A DNA stretch of 64,000 bases from Smithella sp. Lineage in GTDB: Bacteria > Desulfobacterota > Syntrophia > Syntrophales > Smithellaceae. The stretch lies in NCBI GenBank assembly GCA_017993615.1, contig JAGOMJ010000007.1:1587-65586 (forward strand). The letters are read 5' to 3'. The position numbers and the translations under genes were made by a program. Position 1 is the stretch's first letter; each line of letters begins with the position of its first letter. This document shows positions 55,893 through 64,000 of this stretch, piece by piece. Below the pieces are notes generated by a model. It was not told the origin of the DNA, made no database searches, and was given only the letters and a program-made list of their open reading frames with translations.

Positions 55893-56594
55893 GTGAGAAT
55901 TTGGGACGTCAATCCCGGTTATTTAAACCGGCAAAGCTTATTGGGTGAACACCGCGAGCTGCACGCGATTGTTTCCATCATCCAGCACAATAAAAAAGGA
56001 TATTCGCGGCATCCGGAAACGCTGCGCTGGCATGGTTTCGGCTGGGCATTGAGCCAGCGCCACAGATTACTGGCGGCGGAAATGAATCTGCGCGGTTTCA
56101 CGGACAGGTCGCCGGCGATGATCAAAACGCAACCGCAAAAATGGCCGCATGTATTTGTCGATTCTCCGACGTCTCAATTCTCCATCCTGAAAAAGAAATA
56201 CGTCAACAAAGAACAGGGACGCATTCCGTTGCCCAATAGTGTTCAGCAGCTATGGGCGCAGCATCAATATTCGGTCATGGCGCGCGATGAAGCTGAATAC
56301 AAATACATCGGCGGTTGGGTGACATCCCGGAAAAGCGGCAAGGGAATCCATGAGATTTATCCGGAACTGGTTTCGCTGCTTCGCTGCCCGCCCGTCGAAG
56401 CCAATCTCAGAAACGCTCTTGAACAGATGTGGAATTTCGTTTGCGCGTACGCGCCGCATCCCGCAACCGCCATGAAAAAAGAATCTTCACGACATCTTTT
56501 GAAGCAGATACAGCGCACGGCCGTTTTGCATGATATTGTCTACCTGAAAGAATCAACGGCGCTGGGTGAATTGCCGGCGTGGCAGATTGGATGA
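55893..56594 (+). CDS. pyrimidine-dimer DNA glycosylase (DenV/endonuclease V family) with C-terminal extension
   Basis: MRIWDVNPGYLNRQSLLGEHRELHAI...HPETLRW matches the Pyr_excise N-terminus. GTG start with AAGGAG 5 nt upstream. About 130 extra C-terminal residues. Confidence 0.7.
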   Translation: MRIWDVNPGYLNRQSLLGEHRELHAIVSIIQHNKKGYSRHPETLRWHGFGWALSQRHRLLAAEMNLRGFTDRSPAMIKTQPQKWPHVFVDSPTSQFSILKKKYVNKEQGRIPLPNSVQQLWAQHQYSVMARDEAEYKYIGGWVTSRKSGKGIHEIYPELVSLLRCPPVEANLRNALEQMWNFVCAYAPHPATAMKKESSRHLLKQIQRTAVLHDIVYLKESTALGELPAWQIG

Positions 56595-56612
56595 AACAAT
56601 CATCCGTATCTT

Positions 56613-57317
56613 TTATTTTTTCCTCGAACCGCAATGGTCTTTCTGCAGTTTCTTTTGCTCTTGACGCAGCATCTTGAAAAACGTCTCCCGCATCCTCATG
56701 GGAATTTTGCTCACCCTGTACCCGCTGCAAATCGCCAGAAGATACGCCAGAGAATATCTTTCCAGAATTTCAACATTATGAACGGCGCGATCCATGTCGT
56801 GACCTAAAACCAGCGCGCCGTGATTCTGAATCAGGAAGGCATTGTTGCCGTTTTTGATGTGTCGGAGAACATTGTTTTTCAGAGGCACGGATCCCGAAGG
56901 AGCATAAGGAATGACCGCCACCGTTTTGCCCAGAAAACGCACCTGCTCATCAAACAGCGCCGGCAGCGGCGTTTTGATAATTGTCAGCGCGCCCGCATAA
57001 ACCTGATGTGTGTGGATAACGGCGTTGACATCGCCGCGTGTTCTATAAACGGCACCGTGCAAAGCCGCTTCCATGGATGGTTTCCATGGCCCCGAAAGCA
57101 CGTTGAGGTGTTCATCAAGAATACAAATATCGGCCGCGGTCATGGTCATGTAATTGCGATTGGACGGTGTTATGGCAAAAGCATTTTCTTTTTTAATCCG
57201 CACGGAAATATTGCCGCCGGTTGCCGCAAGATAACCCTTTTCAACAAGCTTTTGCGCTGTTTTCACGATCAGACGCCTGTCTGAATTAAATTGCCTCATG
57301 GAGTTTCTCCATTCCAA
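56613..57317 (-). CDS. class II aldolase/adducin-family protein
   Basis: GGNISVR, AVIHTHQVYA and IQNHGALVLG motifs. Confidence 0.85.
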   Translation of the reverse strand: MEWRNSMRQFNSDRRLIVKTAQKLVEKGYLAATGGNISVRIKKENAFAITPSNRNYMTMTAADICILDEHLNVLSGPWKPSMEAALHGAVYRTRGDVNAVIHTHQVYAGALTIIKTPLPALFDEQVRFLGKTVAVIPYAPSGSVPLKNNVLRHIKNGNNAFLIQNHGALVLGHDMDRAVHNVEILERYSLAYLLAICSGYRVSKIPMRMRETFFKMLRQEQKKLQKDHCGSRKK

Positions 57318-57412
57318 ATAGCATTAAGATCAGCCGAGTTTTTTGGACTCTACGGATTATTTTTATTTGCGGCCAGGTCAAAAAGGCTTGGCTGAACGGG
57401 GGAATCAGTTCA

Positions 57413-58282
57413 CTAAAAAATCAGTTTAAGTTCTTTGGGTAAAATCCTGAAGGAAAAATTGTTTCGCTTTTCTTTTTCCGGATCGCCGTTGCGCTGCAGC
57501 AATTGCTCCGTTGAAGTGGTGATATCAATTTCTTTCGCTTTGTAATACTCTCCCATTCTGTTCCCCCCCGCAAGAGAAGTTGCCAAAGCATAGAGCGTGC
57601 CGATGGGTCCGGCATTCAGGATCAGCAAATGCAAATATCCGTCATCAAATTGAGCATGAGGGACAACCTTGAATCCGTAGCCGTAGTAGGGAAGTTTTGT
57701 AATAACGGCGGTCAGAGAGTTGAAGGTTCTTATTTCCTTTTTGTCCATCAAAACACGCAAATCAGCCTTGATGTATCCGTCAAATAAAATTTTTAATGTC
57801 GACAGACCATAGGCGGTAAAACCGGTCAAATTATTTTCCAGATAGTTATCGCGTTCTAACAGAATACTTCCTTCAATGCCGATGCTCGCGAACAAGGCTT
57901 TTGTTTTCCCGTCGCAGCAAATGACATCCAGCAAATATTCTTTGCCTTTCTGAATCAACAGAGCATTTTCTTTGGGACAACGGGGAAGGTTGAAGGTATG
58001 GCGCAGGACATCGCCGGAACCGAACGGCAGAAATCCCAGAGGGATGTCTCTGGAAACGCTGTTCATCACCAGTGAAAAGGTTCCGTCCCCACCGGCGACA
58101 AGCAGCCTGGCCACTTTTTGGGAAAGGTCATGCGCTGCAGTGCTGAATTCTTCGGGAGATTTTGTATCGAGACCGGCAATGGTGGCGTCTTTTAAAATAC
58201 CGGCTACTTCTTTTAAAATTTTGATTTTGTCATCTACAGAGCGTTTGCCGGAAACAGGGTTCGCGATAATGCCGTATTTCAT
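57413..58282 (-). CDS. diacylglycerol/lipid kinase family protein (YegS/BmrU-like)
   Basis: IIANPVSGK, VAGGDGT and LPFGSGD motifs. Confidence 0.85.
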   Translation of the reverse strand: MKYGIIANPVSGKRSVDDKIKILKEVAGILKDATIAGLDTKSPEEFSTAAHDLSQKVARLLVAGGDGTFSLVMNSVSRDIPLGFLPFGSGDVLRHTFNLPRCPKENALLIQKGKEYLLDVICCDGKTKALFASIGIEGSILLERDNYLENNLTGFTAYGLSTLKILFDGYIKADLRVLMDKKEIRTFNSLTAVITKLPYYGYGFKVVPHAQFDDGYLHLLILNAGPIGTLYALATSLAGGNRMGEYYKAKEIDITTSTEQLLQRNGDPEKEKRNNFSFRILPKELKLIF

Positions 58283-58419
58283 GTCAAATCATCTCACTGC
58301 CACATTGTATTTTCGAACGAGGAGCAAGTTTTGATGGAGCAAATATAAGTGCCGTGATTTTTTATGTCAAGAAAATAATCGCGCACCAACAAACGCTATT
58401 TTCTTAATTGACGAATTTC

Positions 58420-59247
58420 CTAAAGTTTGTCCAGCCCGAACTTCCGGGAAAGCAGTCTGTCCGTAAACGTACGGGGCAATTTGGCGACAAAGGGATACAT
58501 CGTCGCCCCCTTTCCGATGCGGATGATTCTCGGTGTTTTACTTTTCACGAGTTTGTCGACAAGTTGTCTCGCGAAGACGTCCGTGGGTGTCGCACCCTGT
58601 TGCGACATGTGCGCACGATCGACAATAAAATCGGTTATCGGGGCATAGGGCGTTTTTCGGAAACGTTCAAGCCCTTTGTCGGCGTTATCCGATAAATTTG
58701 ACCTGATGCCGCCCGGTTGAACGGTAATCACGTCGATCCCGAAAGGTTTCAGTTCCATGCGCAACACATCGGAATAGGAGGTCACCGCCGCTTTGGTGGA
58801 ACAGTACGCGCCCGAAAAAGGCGTATTCAGAACACCGGAGATGCTGCTGATATTGACAATTTTTCCCGATGTTCTTTTGATCATGTGCGGCACAACCGCA
58901 TGGGTCAAAGCCGCCAGTCCGATGACGTTTGTTTCAAACTCCCTGCGCAACTCGCTGATTTCCAGTTCCGACAAGGGGCCGATGAGCAGAAGACCGGCGT
59001 TATTAATCAGCATGTCAATTTTACCGGCGTTGGCCATGACCGATTCCACGCAGGTTTTAATCGATTTTTCATCCGTTACGTCGAGGGCGGCGGTTTGCAC
59101 ATTTGGCGCTTTCAGATCCTCAATGGCCGCATGGTCGCGGGCAGTGGCAAACACCTGCCAGCCGCGTTTCGCCAGTTCCGTGGTCAGGAAACGTCCGATT
59201 CCCGTTGAACATCCGCTGATGAGCGCCACTGGTGCGCCAGCATTCAT
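58420..59247 (-). CDS. short-chain dehydrogenase/reductase (SDR)
   Basis: ALISGCSTGIG, NNAG and the YCSTKAA catalytic motif. Confidence 0.9.
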   Translation of the reverse strand: MNAGAPVALISGCSTGIGRFLTTELAKRGWQVFATARDHAAIEDLKAPNVQTAALDVTDEKSIKTCVESVMANAGKIDMLINNAGLLLIGPLSELEISELRREFETNVIGLAALTHAVVPHMIKRTSGKIVNISSISGVLNTPFSGAYCSTKAAVTSYSDVLRMELKPFGIDVITVQPGGIRSNLSDNADKGLERFRKTPYAPITDFIVDRAHMSQQGATPTDVFARQLVDKLVKSKTPRIIRIGKGATMYPFVAKLPRTFTDRLLSRKFGLDKL

Positions 59248-59521
59248 GATAAACCTCCTTGGTTGAACTGTATGATTTTAACGGCACATGGTTCTTACAG
59301 TATATGGTTGTGTTCGTATTTTTTTCTTATTTCATAACTGCGCAGAAAAATAAACAGTATTTTTCAAATTCGTTTTTGCCCCGACATGGTGAAATTGTTT
59401 CTTGCCAGTGCACCGTATCACGGCATAAAATGTTTCTATTTTTTTACTTTTCATATGATATCAGCAACTTATCCATTTTTCGCAGAAATAGAAATATTTC
59501 TCCTGTCCGGATTAAAATTTA

Positions 59522-59550
59522 TTGACAAACGGGGACGTTTTGTCTATAAA
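59522..59550 (+). promoter_or_regulatory. sigma70-type promoter of rplU-rpmA
   Basis: TTGACA, a 17-nt spacer, then TATAAA, about 36 nt upstream of ATG 59586. Confidence 0.5.
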
Positions 59551-59585
59551 GATCAGTCTTAATTCAATTTTCATAAGGATACGTT

Positions 59586-59897
59586 ATGTACGCAGTGATT
59601 AAAACAGGAGCAAAACAGCACAAGGTAAGCGAAGGCGACATTTTATCCGTCGAGAAACTGGACGGGAATAAAGGCGATGAAGTCGTTTTCAGCGATGTGC
59701 TGATGGTCTCCGACGATAAAGAGATAAAAGTCGGCAAACCTTTTGTGGACGGCGCCAAAGTTGTCGGTGAAATTATCGCCCAGAAGAAAGGACCGAAACT
59801 TACTGTTTACCATATGAAAAGACGGAAAGGTTTCCATAAAAAAACCGGTCATCGTCAAAATCTAACCAGCATGAAAATTAAGAAAATTTCGATATAA
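59586..59897 (+). CDS. rplU: 50S ribosomal protein L21
   Basis: [18 protein letters not shown]... is the canonical L21 N-terminus. Confidence 0.97.
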   Translation: MYAVIKTGAKQHKVSEGDILSVEKLDGNKGDEVVFSDVLMVSDDKEIKVGKPFVDGAKVVGEIIAQKKGPKLTVYHMKRRKGFHKKTGHRQNLTSMKIKKISI

Positions 59898-59909
59898 GCG
59901 GAGGAAGTC

Positions 59910-60164
59910 ATGGCACATAAAAAAGGTCAGGGAAGTTCCCGCAATGGCAGAGACAGCAATTCCCAGAGACGCGGAATTAAGGTATTCGGCGGAGAACAAA
60001 TTCACGCCGGCTCGATCATTGTGCGACAGGTAGGAACAAAAATTCACCCGGGCAACAACGTGGGAATGGGCAAAGATTTCACTCTTTTTTCCCTGATTAA
60101 CGGCGTTGTAAAATATGAAAGACTTGATAAGACGAGGAAGAAAGTAAGCGTTTACGCAGCATAA
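59910..60164 (+). CDS. rpmA: 50S ribosomal protein L27
   Basis: [24 protein letters not shown]... is the canonical L27. Confidence 0.97.
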   Translation: MAHKKGQGSSRNGRDSNSQRRGIKVFGGEQIHAGSIIVRQVGTKIHPGNNVGMGKDFTLFSLINGVVKYERLDKTRKKVSVYAA

Positions 60165-60195
60165 GAATATTCGATCGGATCGATTACAACCATTT

Positions 60196-60226
60196 AAGGC
60201 GCTTACTTCAAGCGCCTTTTGTTTTT
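60196..60226 (+). terminator. rho-independent terminator/attenuator after rpmA
   Basis: AAGGCGCT-TACTTCA-AGCGCCTT followed by TTGTTTTT. Confidence 0.65.
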
Positions 60227-60359
60227 AATGAGGCTCCAATTCCAAAAACGAAGTGCATTGGAATTGGCTAGCCGGATTATCCCGCGTATGCGGAATAAGG
60301 GATCAACGTATTAAATATAGTTTATCTTAACTCAAAAGAACATACGGCTGAACAAGGTT

Positions 60360-61355
60360 ATGAAATTCGTCGATGAAGCAAAAATTTATGTCAAGGCCGG
60401 ACACGGCGGAAGCGGTTGCGTGAGTTTCCGGAGGGAAAAATTTGTCCCGAAAGGTGGTCCGGACGGAGGAGACGGCGGCAAAGGCGGCGATGTCATCTTT
60501 CGCACAACGGAAAGTCATCACACGCTGTTGGACTTAAAATACAAGCAGCATCAAATCGCCAAGAACGGCGGCCACGGTTCCGGCAATCACCGCACCGGGA
60601 AAAGTGCTCCGGATCTGGAAATCTCCGTTCCGGTGGGAACAATCATCAAAAATTTTGATACCGGAGAAGAGCTTGCCGATCTGTCAAAAGCGGGACAGAC
60701 GTATATTGCCGCACGTGGCGGCATCGGCGGCAAGGGCAATTCTCACTTTGCCACCTCAACGCATCAGACGCCCCGCTTCGCCCAGGAAGGAATGGAAGGC
60801 GATGAATTCACGCTCAAACTCGAACTGAAACTTCTGGCCGATGTGGGCATTATCGGTTTCCCCAATGCGGGCAAATCGACCTTTATCTCCCGTGTTTCCG
60901 CAGCCAAACCCAAGATTGCCGATTACCCCTTCACCACGCTTACGCCGCATCTGGGCGTCGTGCAATATGCAGACGATAAAAATTTTGTCATTGCCGACAT
61001 TCCCGGACTGATTCCGGGCGCTCATGAGGGCATGGGCATGGGCGATAAATTTCTGAAACACGTCGAAAGAACGTCATTGCTGTTGCATATTATCGATGTC
61101 TCCATGACCCCCCATACCGACGCCTGGTCCAATTTCTCAACGATTAACGACGAGCTGAAAAAATATAACCCGGCTCTGGCCGAAAAAGAGCAAATCGCAG
61201 CGATCAACAAAATTGATCTTCCGTTTGTCCGGGAAAAAATCAAAAAAGAAGTTGCTCTATTCAAAAAAAAGGGCATAATATTACACGCTTTTTCAGCAGT
61301 CACCGGCGAAGGGGTAAAGGAAATATTAAACAGGATTGCTGAAAAGTTAAAATAA
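60360..61355 (+). CDS. obg: GTPase Obg/CgtA
   Basis: MKFVDEAKIYVKAGHGGSGCVSFRREKF, a glycine-rich Obg fold, and G-domain motifs GFPNAGKST, DIPG and NKID. Confidence 0.96.
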   Translation: MKFVDEAKIYVKAGHGGSGCVSFRREKFVPKGGPDGGDGGKGGDVIFRTTESHHTLLDLKYKQHQIAKNGGHGSGNHRTGKSAPDLEISVPVGTIIKNFDTGEELADLSKAGQTYIAARGGIGGKGNSHFATSTHQTPRFAQEGMEGDEFTLKLELKLLADVGIIGFPNAGKSTFISRVSAAKPKIADYPFTTLTPHLGVVQYADDKNFVIADIPGLIPGAHEGMGMGDKFLKHVERTSLLLHIIDVSMTPHTDAWSNFSTINDELKKYNPALAEKEQIAAINKIDLPFVREKIKKEVALFKKKGIILHAFSAVTGEGVKEILNRIAEKLK

Positions 61356-61374
61356 ACCGGTTAGAGTTGATGTC

Positions 61375-62520
61375 ATGGAAAATATTCGGCAAAATATCAT
61401 CACGCGCGCAAAAAAAATTCTGATCAAAGTCGGTTCGGCCGTACTGACGGGAGATGACGGTCTCGATCTGAAAATCATCGATTCTCTGGTGCTGGAAATG
61501 GCGAATCTCGCCAAGAAAGGTTATGCGGTCGTGCTGGTAACCTCCGGAGCGATTGTCTCGGGAAAACACCGGTTGAAGATCACGGAAAATCTGAAAAGTA
61601 TTCCTGAAAAACAGGCTGCCGCAGCCATCGGTCAGGGCAGATTGATGCGCGTCTATTCCAAAGCCTTCGAGAAAAACGGTATTTATGTGGCGCAGATTCT
61701 TTTGACGCTTTCCGATTTGACCGATCGCCAGCGATACCTGAATATCCGCAACACCCTTTCCACACTGATGGCGTGGGGAACGATTCCCATTATCAATGAA
61801 AATGACACGGTTGCAGTGGATGAAATAAAATTCGGCGACAATGACAATCTCGCCGCGATGATTGCTAATATTATCGAAGCCGATCTCTTTATTAACCTGA
61901 CCAGCATTGACGGCCTCTACACCTGCAATCCGGCCTCATCCAAGAAATCGAAATTGATCAGTGTCGTCTCTGAATTTTCTGAAGAAATTGAAGCCGCGGC
62001 GACTGAAGAAACATCCTCCTCGGGAACGGGAGGAATGAAAAGCAAGGTTCAAGCCGCCAAGAAAGTGACGGCTATCGGCATTCCCTGCATCATCGCGCCC
62101 GGAAAAAAGAAAAATATCCTGACGGATATTATGACGGGCCGCGAAATCGGAACCTTATTTTTACCCATGACGGATCGTTTGAACAGCAAGAAGTACTGGA
62201 TCGCTTTCACCCTGCGTCCCCGCGGCAAACTCGTGATCGACGACGGGGCGAAAAAAGCACTGCTGGAAGAGGGCAAGAGCCTTCTTCCTTCAGGAATCAT
62301 TGACATTGAGGGGCGCTTTGACCACGGAGACCCGGTCATCTGCGTGGACAACAATGGTGCGATCCTGGCGAAAGGACTGGTGAATTATAATTCCATAGAA
62401 ATTAATAAAATCAAAGGATTAAAAACAAAACAAATCGGTCAGGTTCTCGGACACAAGGATTATGATGAAATCATTCATCGCGACAATATGGCCGTCACCG
62501 GACAACATTACAAAAAATAA
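61375..62520 (+). CDS. proB: glutamate 5-kinase (with PUA domain)
   Basis: ILIKVGSAVLT, VTSGA, NENDTV, FGDNDNLAA and a C-terminal PUA domain (LLPSGI...GDPV). Confidence 0.95.
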   Translation: MENIRQNIITRAKKILIKVGSAVLTGDDGLDLKIIDSLVLEMANLAKKGYAVVLVTSGAIVSGKHRLKITENLKSIPEKQAAAAIGQGRLMRVYSKAFEKNGIYVAQILLTLSDLTDRQRYLNIRNTLSTLMAWGTIPIINENDTVAVDEIKFGDNDNLAAMIANIIEADLFINLTSIDGLYTCNPASSKKSKLISVVSEFSEEIEAAATEETSSSGTGGMKSKVQAAKKVTAIGIPCIIAPGKKKNILTDIMTGREIGTLFLPMTDRLNSKKYWIAFTLRPRGKLVIDDGAKKALLEEGKSLLPSGIIDIEGRFDHGDPVICVDNNGAILAKGLVNYNSIEINKIKGLKTKQIGQVLGHKDYDEIIHRDNMAVTGQHYKK

Positions 62521-62539
62521 CGCGGAAAAGTAACGTCAC

Positions 62540-63019
62540 ATGCTGAAAGATTATCAAATGCAGTTGCTGGGTTTTCTCGAGCAATTGGAAATGGAAATCT
62601 CCAATCTCTATAAATCGTTCGCCGAGCAATTTCCCGGACATCAGGATCTCTGGGCTGAGATGAGCCGGGAAGAATTGCAACACGCCGAATACGTCCGCAC
62701 TTTAAAAGCATTCGCGTTGAGCGGCCATGTGACCTTTGATGAAAAAATGACCAAAACCTACACGATTCGATCGATTATCGATGATATCCGCGATAAATAT
62801 AAAAAGACAGAGAACCATCAATACTCCGTCGTCAACGCTTTATCGTTCAGCCTCAGCCTGGAGCAATCCATCATCGAACACAAATTTTATAATTATTTCA
62901 GTTCAAATGATCCCGGTGCGGTCCTGCTGATCAATAACATCAGAGAAGAAACCTCGGCGCATGAATCGCAGGTAAAAAAAGCCCTGGATGAAGAAAAAAA
63001 ACGGATAACTGTTCGGTAA
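62540..63019 (+). CDS. ferritin-like/rubrerythrin-like four-helix-bundle protein
   Basis: ExxH-type motifs EELQHAE and LEQSIIEHK sit in a 159-aa helical protein. Confidence 0.5.
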   Translation: MLKDYQMQLLGFLEQLEMEISNLYKSFAEQFPGHQDLWAEMSREELQHAEYVRTLKAFALSGHVTFDEKMTKTYTIRSIIDDIRDKYKKTENHQYSVVNALSFSLSLEQSIIEHKFYNYFSSNDPGAVLLINNIREETSAHESQVKKALDEEKKRITVR

Positions 63020-63045
63020 TGATCTTTCGTTTCAATCCCTAAAAA

Positions 63046-63456
63046 CTAATTTTTTTCATCAATGGCCAGGTTGGCCAGTTTGTCTGCATGGCTGTTGTAC
63101 AGACGCGCGACATGTTTCACCTCAACGCGATCAAAAGACACCAGAAGATGACGGACTTCTTTCATGAGTGTCTGTAGATTTTCATTCTTGACACGGTAGG
63201 CGCCGTTGATTTGTTTGGCCAGAAGCTCCGAATCCAAAAATATTTGAAGGTTTCTATATCCCTGAGACAGGGCACCTTTGAGTCCCAGAATAAGCGCTTT
63301 GTATTCGGCAATATTATTGGTGCAGTGACCGAGATATTCCTTTCCTTCCCAAATCACATGATCAGCATCATCGGTGATTACAGCCCCCGCGCCCCCGATG
63401 CCCGGATTCCCCCGGCAGGCGCCGTCGCTGAACAGTTTGTAATATTTTTCAGACAT
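63046..63456 (-). CDS. rnhA: ribonuclease HI
   Basis: FSDGACRGNPGIGGAG, NNIAEYKALI, DSELL and NSHADKLAN are the RNase H catalytic motifs. Confidence 0.9.
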   Translation of the reverse strand: MSEKYYKLFSDGACRGNPGIGGAGAVITDDADHVIWEGKEYLGHCTNNIAEYKALILGLKGALSQGYRNLQIFLDSELLAKQINGAYRVKNENLQTLMKEVRHLLVSFDRVEVKHVARLYNSHADKLANLAIDEKN

Positions 63457-63461
63457 ATCCC

Positions 63462-64000
63462 TTATGATGGCTTGACCATATCCTTAAAATAGATAATCCG
63501 ATTGCAGTTCGGGCAACTGAACAACTCCTCCGACTTCTGGACTTCGTTATAGAGTTGAGGGGGGATGTTCATGTGGCACCCGTTGCAGACCGATTTCCAG
63601 ACCGATATCACGCCAACGCCTCTGTTTCGTTTTTTGATTCTTTCGTATCGGACCAGCAGATCTTCAGGAACATTTTTCTGTAAATCCCCTCTTTTTTGTT
63701 CCCAGTTCGCCGCATCGGTGTCCACGGCATTCAATTCATCTTCGATCGTTTTCTTTTCCTGTTCGTATTGATGTCTTCTCTCTTTCAATACGTCGTCATC
63801 TTTTTTGACCAGCACAGAAAGTTTATCCAATTCATCCAGTATGGAAATGATCGAGGTTTCAATTTCGCCACGCGATTTTTCTGCAATCTCAATTTCTTTG
63901 AGCATCGCCTGATATTCCTTATTATTTTTAACTTCCAGCATTCTTTCTTTGGTTTTGACTATGCTTTCGTTGATTTTCTTGATTTTATTTTCGCTATCCG
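63462..64000 (-). CDS. DUF164/COG1579-like coiled-coil protein with C-terminal C4 zinc ribbon (N-terminus beyond the right window edge)
   Basis: CNGCHMNIPPQ...FSCPNCNRIIY zinc ribbon after a long coiled coil. The frame stays open upstream of the track ATG (63941) to nt 64000 (DSENKIKKINESIVKTKER-M...), so the gene is probably truncated by the window. Confidence 0.75.
   Translation of the reverse strand, partial: DSENKIKKINESIVKTKERMLEVKNNKEYQAMLKEIEIAEKSRGEIETSIISILDELDKLSVLVKKDDDVLKERRHQYEQEKKTIEDELNAVDTDAANWEQKRGDLQKNVPEDLLVRYERIKKRNRGVGVISVWKSVCNGCHMNIPPQLYNEVQKSEELFSCPNCNRIIYFKDMVKPS

Noticed and set aside
1-64000. Scan for CRISPR arrays, rRNA, integrase/transposase genes, a reverse transcriptase (retron or diversity-generating retroelement, DGR), and purine, ZTP or THF riboswitches upstream of the pur genes
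   Set aside because: I saw no regularly spaced direct repeats, no recombinase or RT motifs in any long ORF, and only short unstructured leaders upstream of purD, purO-purH, purE and purU. A by-eye scan cannot exclude short or degenerate elements.

Overview
A 64 kb chromosomal segment of roughly 50% G+C. It is densely coded, mostly on the minus strand up to about 33.6 kb, and I saw no rRNA, tRNA, CRISPR array, transposase or integrase. The gene content (selenoprotein, PurO-type IMP cyclohydrolase, amphi-Trp protein, TIGR03960-type radical SAM) suggests a Desulfobacterota-like anaerobe, but that is inference only.

Most of the window is housekeeping:
- DNA repair: uvrB, mutY, a DenV-like glycosylase and a Ski2-like helicase.
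- Translation and RNA: tyrS, rplU-rpmA-obg-proB, dus, tsaC, rnhA, rny with a ymdB-like gene, and zapB-zapA followed by a 6S RNA.
- Purine metabolism, scattered: purD, stand-alone purH (AICARFT) with purO, purE, purU, hpt.
- Envelope: lepB, a Spy/CpxP-like protein, lipoproteins and two CNNM/CorC paralogs.

The one clearly accessory region is a small islet at about 28.2-31.0 kb:
- It holds an AbiEi/AbiEii toxin-antitoxin pair and an AT-rich orphan 399-aa two-domain gene.
- REP-like palindromes (the VIPAQAGIQ-type element) delimit each unit.
- About 120 bp imperfect direct repeats bracket the AbiE pair. One repeat carries a dead 5' fragment of the neighbouring nucleotidyltransferase gene.

Features the ORF track hides:
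- An in-frame TGA (selenocysteine) with a SECIS-like hairpin joins ORFs 40116..40343 and 40344..40751 into one secreted PRXL2/AhpC-TSA_2-type selenoprotein, just downstream of an ECF-type sigma factor with a Cys-rich C-terminal extension.
- A 6S RNA lies immediately after zapA.
- A 56-aa membrane ORF with a strong Shine-Dalgarno (SD) site falls below the track cutoff.
- Two edge-truncated genes: a 4xPAS HD-GYP sensor at the left edge and a DUF164-like zinc-ribbon protein at the right edge.

All family assignments rest on motif recognition by eye. No database search was run.
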